A stretch of 63,244 bases of DNA, counting the filler, from Sluysia triapertura (taxonomy: Eukaryota): assembly GCA_046118255.1 (NCBI GenBank). It is 5 parts of 5 records of this genome, joined end to end, with 100 filler letters (N's around TTAATTAATTAA, not from the genome) between each part and the next. Parts side by side here need not be neighbours in the genome. Positions count along the whole stretch, not along the records: positions 1 to 13,231 come from JBJNIA010051228.1; 4 more parts are not named here. One strand, given 5' to 3'. Both the position numbers and the translations under genes were made by a program. Each line of letters starts with the position of its first letter. Positions within the stretch are counted from its first letter, which is position 1. Shown here piece after piece: positions 1 to 9,600 of this stretch. Below the pieces are notes generated by a model. The model ran no database searches, was not told the DNA's origin, and worked only from the letters and a program-made list of their open reading frames with translations.

Positions 1-593
1 TTTAGTTCTTTTAATTGACATACATGTATAATTAACAAACATCATTAATCTGATATCCATACTTAAATTTATAGGTTATAAAACCATCAGAACGATAACA
101 TCTATTTTTATAACTCTGTTTTAAAATAAATGTGACAATATAGCAAGCTACTTATATTGCCTATTTTAGCGAAGCAACTGAATCTCTTGAAGTAATATAA
201 ACTTATTTTTGATGATGGGAAAAATATAAACAAAGGACGATAACAATCATAAGACAAGAACAATAATGCGATAATAATAATATAGTAATAATGACACGAC
301 AATAGCAGTTTTAGTAATATTAATAATAAATTTTAGTTTGTATCTGTATATAATTGTTGAAATATTACTGTTACTGTGAAGATGTGCTGAATTTGCATTG
401 TTTTGTCGTGTAAAAATTGTTTCTCTTTTATGTATTGTGTCTGTTGATTTGATGTTTTGTGTTGGATTGAAATGAACTTTGTTTAATTTGTTTTTGTTTA
501 TGAGAAATGTGTTCATGTTTGTCTATGATTGTGTTTAAGTTGTGTTTTAAATTTTAGCGCACCAATTATGATATTTAATATATTTGTTTTCAG

Positions 594-602
594 ACAATAT
601 CG
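594..602 (+). CDS. 9-nt micro-exon ACA ATA TCG (TIS)
   Basis: tttcag|ACAATATCG|gttaat; paralog at 4176-4184. Confidence 0.7.
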
Positions 603-3600
603 GTTAATTATTATTTAATTCAAATTTTTGTTCTTATACAAATAATAAATAGTCATAGTAAAAGTAATTGTACAATTTTAATTTTAGACACAACCACCTA
701 AGGTAAATTTATTTTATTAAAATACAACTTATAATGATGAAATAATTAACAATACTATTTTACTTTCCAAATGTTTACTAAATTTTGATTTTAAAGTTTT
801 GTATTGTTCGTCTTCTTTTGTTAAATGAAACAGAATCTGCATGAGTTTTCATAAGGGTGCATTAATTTCTTGGTATTTCTTAACTCCACGAATCGTGTTT
901 TACATAGTTTCCAATATACAAATGGAATAATAATTTTTTGTTAACAGAATTGTATTTTGTATGTGATTTACGTATTAAAATTCTTAATTATCCAACGTTG
1001 AATTACATTTGAAGCAACTGTTATTGCGGATAAATTATTTTTGCTTTCAAAATATTAAATATACAGTTAAGAGTGTGTTGGAAATATATTTAACTAGTTC
1101 TATACTTTGCTGTTTTTACAAAATTTATTTATCTGTTATTCCGTTGTGTTGAGAAATTATAATTGTATAAAAAAATGTATAGTTTTTAAATATTATTCAT
1201 CTGAAACAATTAATGCAAATGTAATGCTTTATGTGGAACTTATCCCTTTAGGAAATAATACAAATTTGATAAAAAAATTCATTCAATTCATTGCTTTATA
1301 AGTGATATTATGTATAAAATTAAATAAATATATAAATTCAGGCAGCACCGGTTAGTATGTAGTGAATATTTTTTACCATTTATTCATTTACTACCTTTTT
1401 TGTAATTCTACCAAAATATTTTTACGATGATTTTCATTTAAATCTAGGCTGTAGGTGCAAGTCAAGGTTATGGGGTAAGCATTAAAAGTTTTATTGAAAT
1501 TTCATTCATTTAATTTAAACTAGATTTTCATAAATATTATAAATATGGTATTTATATGTTAATTTGTATTGGTTTATATAAGGAATCGATTTATTGGACA
1601 ATCTTATAAAAAATAATTGTATCGATTAAATAAAATTTTTTGGATAAGTTTTAAGTATTTTATAAATATTTTCTTAATATTGTGACAATTGGTATACTAT
1701 TTGGAACTTATCGCTTTTGAATTCTTAAAATTTAGTAATATATTTCACCGAATTAATTGCTTTATTATTGATATTGAATGTAGTATTTATTAAATATATA
1801 AATTTCCGGCAACAGTGCTTGGTATTAATTGAATTCCTATTTTTCTAATTCAATCAATATATATTCGCACTTAGACTGTAGGTATAAGTCAAGGTTTTGG
1901 GATTAGCTTTAAAATTTTTATTGTATTTTGATAGATTCCTCAAACACTATTGAAATATCATAACAGGTCAAAATGCAATGTTTAGAATATATTAGATATA
2001 GACATCCATAAATTTCTATTTGTAAAGATATTTAATATAGTTCATTGGCCAGTGTGAAATAATTTTACTGCGAAATGAAGTTTATATTTCAAGTTTTGAA
2101 TATTACAATAATTAGAATTAAATGTCTGAAAATAATTAAATTTTTAATTTATCACTAAATATATGTTCTTTTAATAACAAAGATTTGTTATCAATTCTTG
2201 TTACTTTATAGAATTTTTATGTTTACGTAGATATATTGTGAAAAAGGTAAAGTAATAGAATAAAAATAAAAACTTAAAGTGAGTTCACCAACGTACTGGG
2301 CTTACCAGCTAGGCTCAGCCGTTGGATTTTCTTGATAAGTTAATAGTAAGTAAGTCTCAAAGAATATAATATATGCTAAATGACTCTAAAAATGCTTGAT
2401 CTTCTGGAGGCAATTAAATTTCAAAATACTTTAATAATACTTAAATTTATAAATAGATTTTACGTTGATTCCTTTATACGGAATCTTTGAAAATGATTTT
2501 TCGTAGCTAGTAATAAATACTAGCGGTTGAAAGCATGAAACAGAACGAAAGATTTTATAATTAAAACTATGTAATTTATAATAACAAAAGTCAAAAGGTT
2601 TTTGTAATTTATTCTTAAGAGAAAAACGTTAATAAGGTACAATGATACATATAATTTACACAAATTAACTAATTCAGTTAATTTTCTTACTAAGAGATTT
2701 TAATGATAATGATTTTGCGTATATATCTGTGAAAAGATCCAATAATTCTGTACAGAAATTTACGTGTATTTTACTTATGATACTTCACAGTATCTTCCTT
2801 AACAGTAATTAACTAACGTGATCAAAATTTTTAAAATGCGTCTTCAATGAAATCGTTGCAACTGTTAGAAATTGTTGGAATAAAACTAATAACTGGAACT
2901 GTGTACTAAAATTGTTGAAAAGAATTTGTCGAAATTAAATTGAACTGTAAAATAGAATTGTGAATTGTCTTAAAATTTATTGCTTTATAAAGTGTCAATT
3001 CGGCCCTGACTGAATTGAAACAAAGTTAATAATTAAAACAAAATCTAAAATAATTTTAAAGATTTTTTTCGCTCACATTAATTTAAGAACTTCAATTAAT
3101 ATTTTAATATTTTAGTAAATTATAAAATCAAATAAAAATTGCATATTTAAAAGAAAAATCAAAAATTACTTTTATAAAATTTGAAATATCCAAATTCAAA
3201 AATTAAATTCCAAATGAATGTCTACAGCTGTTTAAAAATCAATAAAAATATATAATTGTTTACTTATAGTTACAAATATAGTGCATTGACGTCAATAAGC
3301 ATTGTGTATATTAAAGATATTTTAAGCCTATGTAAATATCAATGTAACTTATTTTCTCAATTTTAAATTAATGTTAAATTGTAATAAATTTTTATCGCTA
3401 ATTAAGGAAATAAAAAATCAATATTAATTCAAAATCATATTTATTACTTTAATATTTTACTGATATAGTTAGAATTTCAATTTACTATGATACTTCCTTG
3501 CTACTAAGCATTCTTTTCTTAATTTTATATTACGATTTAAATGAGAAATGTCACACATTATTGTCATGTATAACTGCATGTGAAAATAGTTTTAAATAAA

Positions 3601-6600
3601 ATTTCATAAAAATTTAAATGCTGTAATATTAATTCACTTAATATTAAGTATATTAAAAGATACATAATATAATCACTTACATTAATTGGCCCAAAAATAT
3701 TAATTTCTTATAGTTTTGTTATAATGAAAATATAATTAGTATTTCAATATTTTTTCGGGTAAAATCGATTAAGGTTATTTTAATTTTTTTATAATAATTG
3801 TAGAATAAAGTAAATAACTTTGCTTTCATCTGGCATCCTCTATGATTGATTTGTTTCATCAAATTTCATGAGGAATTCAATTTTAATAATAATCATTTCG
3901 CATTTTAAAACAAATATTTAAATGAATTCTCTTTTATTATAAGTATATAATATTTTTTCAGATGCCTTCAGCTAAGGTATTTAATACTATTTGAATTATT
4001 TTAATTTCATTTTCTACATGTAGTTTTTATTTTGAGCAGAAAAATATTTAAAATTTATTTATCGAAATTATTAAATTATCATTAACAATAATATAAATAA
4101 GGAAATAATTTAATTATTAATAATTTTCAGTTTTTTATTGTCGTTCAATAAAATTCTTATAATATTTATTATCAGACGATATCGGTTAATTAATATTTAA
4201 TAATATTTTGTTCTTATTCAAATAATAAATAGTCGTGGTGAAATTAATTGTATAATTGTAATTGTAGATGCAACCATCTAAGGTAAATTCATATTATTAA
4301 AATATGATTTATAATGATGGAATAATTAACTAAGAAAATTACTTTCGAAATTTGTACTAAGATTTGATTCTTTTCTTGTGTTAAGGGAAATAGGATGTGA
4401 ATGAGTTTTCATAAGGGTACATTAATTTCTTGGCATTTCTTAACTCATCATGGTTATCAGGAAATAATTATTAATTAGGTAATCTACATTGATTGACTGA
4501 AATTCAGGTGTCCTTGATTGACTTAATGAATTATTAATGACATTCATTTTGTGAAATTGTGTTTCTAATGCTAGGTGTTTTCTTAATCTAAAACTTAACT
4601 TGCAGCAAAATAAATTATTATTCTGAGTCCGTTTACAGTATTCGACTTACTAATGGCGTACCTGTAAAATTGCGTGAAAACTATTATCAAGATTAATTGT
4701 ACAAAATACTCTTTGCTTTACCTTAATCAATAATGGGCAAAATCTTCGTTTATGTCAACTAATACTAAATAGCTTATAAACTAATCAAGACCAACGCTGA
4801 CCTATGGAATATCAGAATTAATATAAAAATCAAGTGAATAATATTTGTATATAAATTTGTCGTTTCTTATATCTTCAAATCTTAATGACCGTTAGAACTT
4901 TGTAGTTTTTTATTAAAATTTAATGAAACAATATTGGAATCAATGTATTTTCGATAAAAAGTATATTTCAGTATAAATTGATCGTAGTGTACGGTAATGT
5001 TAGGATAATTATAATAAAAACAAGATTTGAAAATTTTTTAATACTTTTATTACACAAAATTAAGATTAAAAATGAAATTTATTATAAATTTATAAAATTC
5101 AATAAAAGCGACAGTCAACAACACAAAAATTTTATAAATGATAAATTTATAATAACAATAATAATTAAACTATAATAAGGGTTTAGCCGAGAGACTCTAC
5201 CCTATAATAAAGATTTTATAATTGACCTTTAGGACCAACTAAAGATTGGAGAATATATATATTAGATTGATTTTATGATTGGCTTTAATGATCACCCGTG
5301 CAAAACAGTAATTTAAGTTTATATTGTAGCTCAATGAGAGTTTGCACACTATGTAAATCAAACTTACGGATCACTTAGTAATATAGACAATCTATCTCCA
5401 GCAATATCGTTTGAATTTGAATTTATCTGTTGAGCCTCTTATCGAATACGCGGGAATCGCACAATAACTGAAATGATGGATGTGAAACCTTTGTACACAA
5501 ATAGTTTAATAATAAATTTGATGATGACAAGCCGAATGATGTCGAGAATAATTTTTTCTAGCAACTTTATTTTCCGAAATCACGAATTTCAAAATGGCGT
5601 AAAACAATTCTCTTTGTTCATATTTAATGGCGTTTTTGCTTTATGTATGTACAAAGACATCTTTTAACATTTGATTTACATAAACAAATTTATTTCTATA
5701 AGTTTCTTTTGAGTTATTTTTTGATTTATAATAATCATAATTTTAATTTTATTATAATTAAAATAATAATTTTTTAAATAATACAATTTTAATAATTTTT
5801 TTATAATTTTATTTTTACAAAAAACCATAAAAAATATAAAAATAAGATTTTTTACACCTTTACACTAACAATGGTTTGTGTCATTCTTTTCCTTTGCACA
5901 TTTACTGTTAGAAAGCAATCAAAACCATTAGATAATTAGCTGTTTCCAATATACATATAGGATAATAATTTTTTGTTGAAAAGTTGTATTTATATCTGAT
6001 TTATCTATTAGAATTCTAAATTTTTCAACGTTGAATTACATTTAAAGCAACTATTATTTGACGATAAATTATTTTTTAAATATACAGGTAATAGTGTAAG
6101 TTGATCAGAGGTCCCGCTTTTTCACAATTTGTCCCGCTATTAAATAGTATCTCTGAAATATATTTAACTTTGCCCTTTTATAAAATTTATCGATCAGTTA
6201 TTCCGTTGCACAATTATTGAACAATTGTGTTATTTTATAAATTATATTCATCTGAAACAATTCATGAAAATGTAATGCCTTATGTGGAACTTATCCTTTT
6301 AGGAAATAGTTAAAATTAATAAGAATTACATCCTATTAAATGCTTTATAAGTGATATTGAATATAATACTTAATGATTATATAAACTTTAGGCAGCATCA
6401 GTTAGTATTTAGTAATTATTATTTACCATTTACTCATTTTCGTACTCATTTACTTCCATTTTTGTAATTCTACCAATATACTTTTTACGATATCCTTTTC
6501 ATTTAATCTAGGCTGCAAGTGCAAGTCAAGCTTATGGGGTAAGTGTTTAAAGTTTATTCAAAATTCATTTATTTAATTTAAACTTGTCTTTTATAAATAT

Positions 6601-9600
6601 AATAAATATAGTATTTTATATGTTAATTCGCATTGGCAAGTATAATGAATTTATATGTAAGTTCAATCTTTGGAAAAGAATTGTGTCGATGAAATGAAAT
6701 TCTTTTTGCAATTTTTGTAAACTATCTGAAAATATTAGTGACAATATTATGTTATTTGGAACATGTTATTTTAGGAAATAATTAAAATTTAATAATAGAA
6801 TTACATCAAATTTATTGCTTTATCAATCATATTCAATATATATTCAGGCAGCATCGGTTAGTATTTACTGAATATTCTTTACCATTCCTTTTTGTAATTC
6901 TATCAAAATAATTTAATTATCTATTATATTGTCTTTTAGACTGCAGGTGTGAGTCAAGAATATCGAGTTAGCTATTTTTTTCTTTTTAATTTTCAATATA
7001 TAATCATCTTAAATAAAACAGTTGTATTATTTATTTTAAGTAACATTTCAAATAAAGAAATAAGAGTTATGATGTTGATGGTGATGCTCATGATAACTAT
7101 TATCAAGCTTATGCTTATAATAAATTGATCTAATCATTATTTATTTGATTTAATCCTCAATATTTCTGTGCTATATTTCTCTAATATCATCATCAATTCC
7201 ACCTACATACGGTTCCACGGTTTTAACATTCTCTGGACATTATCACAAACTTTCAACTTCAATTGATTTTTAAAATATAAGATTCCGTAAAAAATTGTAT
7301 TTATTTTATATATAATATTCATAGGAAAAATTTATTGAAAATGTAATTTCGAATTTTTCGTTTTATGAAATAATTAAAATTTAGTAAAAGAAAGACGTCA
7401 AAATCATAATTTTATAAATGATATTGAATATAATATTTAATAATTATATAAACTTTAGGCAGCATCGGTTAGTATTTAGTGATTATTATTTACCATTTAC
7501 TCATTTTCGTACCCATTTACTTCCATTTTTGTAATTCTACCAATATACTTTTTACGATATCCTTTTCATTTAATCTAGGCTGCAGGTGCAAGTCAAGGTT
7601 ATGGGGTAAGCGTTAAAAGTTTTATATAAATGTCATACATTTATTTTAAATTTTATTTATTTATTTTGCATTGGTAAATATAATGAATTGATACAATATG
7701 AATAAATCTATTTTGATTATTATCATTATAATTTAAAATTGACTTTGTTTATAAAGTAAATTCGAATAATTGTCTTTATTTTGATAAGATAAATTATTGC
7801 ATTGAATTTTATTCTGTACTTCAATCTTAGTTTTATGAATAGCATAATAAAATAACTGAATAATAATTTATAAAAATATACCTAATTAGTTTTAAATTTT
7901 ACTCTTGTCTTTGATTAAGTTTTAGAAACATTTTTTAACCAAGTGCTAAGTTGTTTATAAATAAATATTAAACATTGTGTTTGGAACTCAAAGCTTAATA
8001 AAAAATTTATGAGACATACGTATAATTTGCATGAAAGTAATAATAATGATATTATTGAACATGATATCTGAAAATAATTTTCTACACTTCAGCCGTCAGA
8101 GGTTAGGTTTACATTTGTAAACGTCATTAGTTACGTTTTTAGAAATATTATTTTAATTTTTTTATGCGTATTCTATATATTAGGGTACAATATATAAAGT
8201 TATAGGTGCTAATATACCTGAAAGTTTTGCACAGTAAATGATGTTATTTAATTTTAATTTATAAAATAAATTAATTTATATATGTTCTAATATATCCAAA
8301 CGTGCATTTATTTGATATAATTGTAAAAGCTTTTAGGTCTAATTCATTAAGATATTTTCATTAACCATAAATCAAATTTTTGTTAAATCATATCCATCTG
8401 TGTAATTTTATTGAACTGCAAACACTTATTGAAAATGCAATGTATAGAATATATTAGATAGAGACCTCGATAAATTTGTATTTATAAAGATATTTAATAT
8501 AGTTTATTCGCCAGTGTGAATTAATTTTACTACTAAATGAAGTTTATATTTCAATTTTTGAATATTACAACAATTAGAATTAAATGTCTGAAAATAATTA
8601 AATTTTTAATTTATAACTAAATATATGTTCTTTTGATAAAATTGATTGAGATTAGTCAAAGATTTGTTATCAATTCTTGTTACTTTATACTACTTTTACG
8701 TTTAGTAGATATTCACATTATAACCCTATGTAAATTTCAATGTAACTGATTTTCTCAATTTCAAGGTAATGCGACATTGTAATAAATTTCTATCGCTAAT
8801 TAAGGAAATAAAAATTAATGATAATTCAAGATTTAATATTTTACTGTTATAGCTAGAATTTCAATTTACTCTGATATATTCTAGCTTATAAGCATTCCTT
8901 TCATATTACAGTAATGTCAGAAAATATTTTTAAATAAAATTTCTTAAACAATTTAAATGCTATTACGTTAATTTTATATTAATTACATTAAGTTTATGAC
9001 AAGATTAATATTATCCTCACTCATATTTGTTGATCCAAAAATATTAATTTTTTTTCATTTTTTTATAACCACATTATTTATAACCATAATATATTTAATA
9101 ATTCAATGTATTTTCAGGTACAATCAATTAAGGTTTTTTTTTAATTTTTATAATAAATGTAGAATTAATTAAATAACTTTGTTTTCACATGACATAAGCT
9201 AGGATTAATGTGTTTCCTTCACTTTCGTGAATATTCCTTTTTTTCTGGATTGAGTTTTAATATTTTTATTCAAATTTTATACAATCTCGTTGAATCTTTT
9301 TTGTATTTTTAGTTTTTTTCACTTGATTTTCATAAATATTATTTAAGTGTATTTTATCTTTTGATTAGTATTGGTAACTATATGTAATTGATACCACATA
9401 AACATTCGAATGTGATTATTATAATTATAATAAAAATATTTATAAATTAATTTCGATCTAACATTTATTACTTTCATACGATAAATTATTCACTCGAATT
9501 TTTTTCGGTACACTTATTTTGACTTTAAAATAACAACAAAATAAATGAACCTTTGACTACATTTTACTCTTTAAATATCTTATCGGTATTGTTAATATGC

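Noticed and set aside
834-856. 23-nt AG/GT-flanked segment (paralog 4394-4416) reading NLHEFS* / DVNEFS* as a stop-containing exon
   Set aside because: Not a multiple of 3, weak donor and polypyrimidine tract; its conservation is explained by the surrounding duplication.
2279-2335. Donor + hairpin + U-rich tract as a spliced-leader RNA gene
   Set aside because: The would-be leader upstream of the GT is not conserved between the two copies and there is no 3' stem-loop after the U tract.
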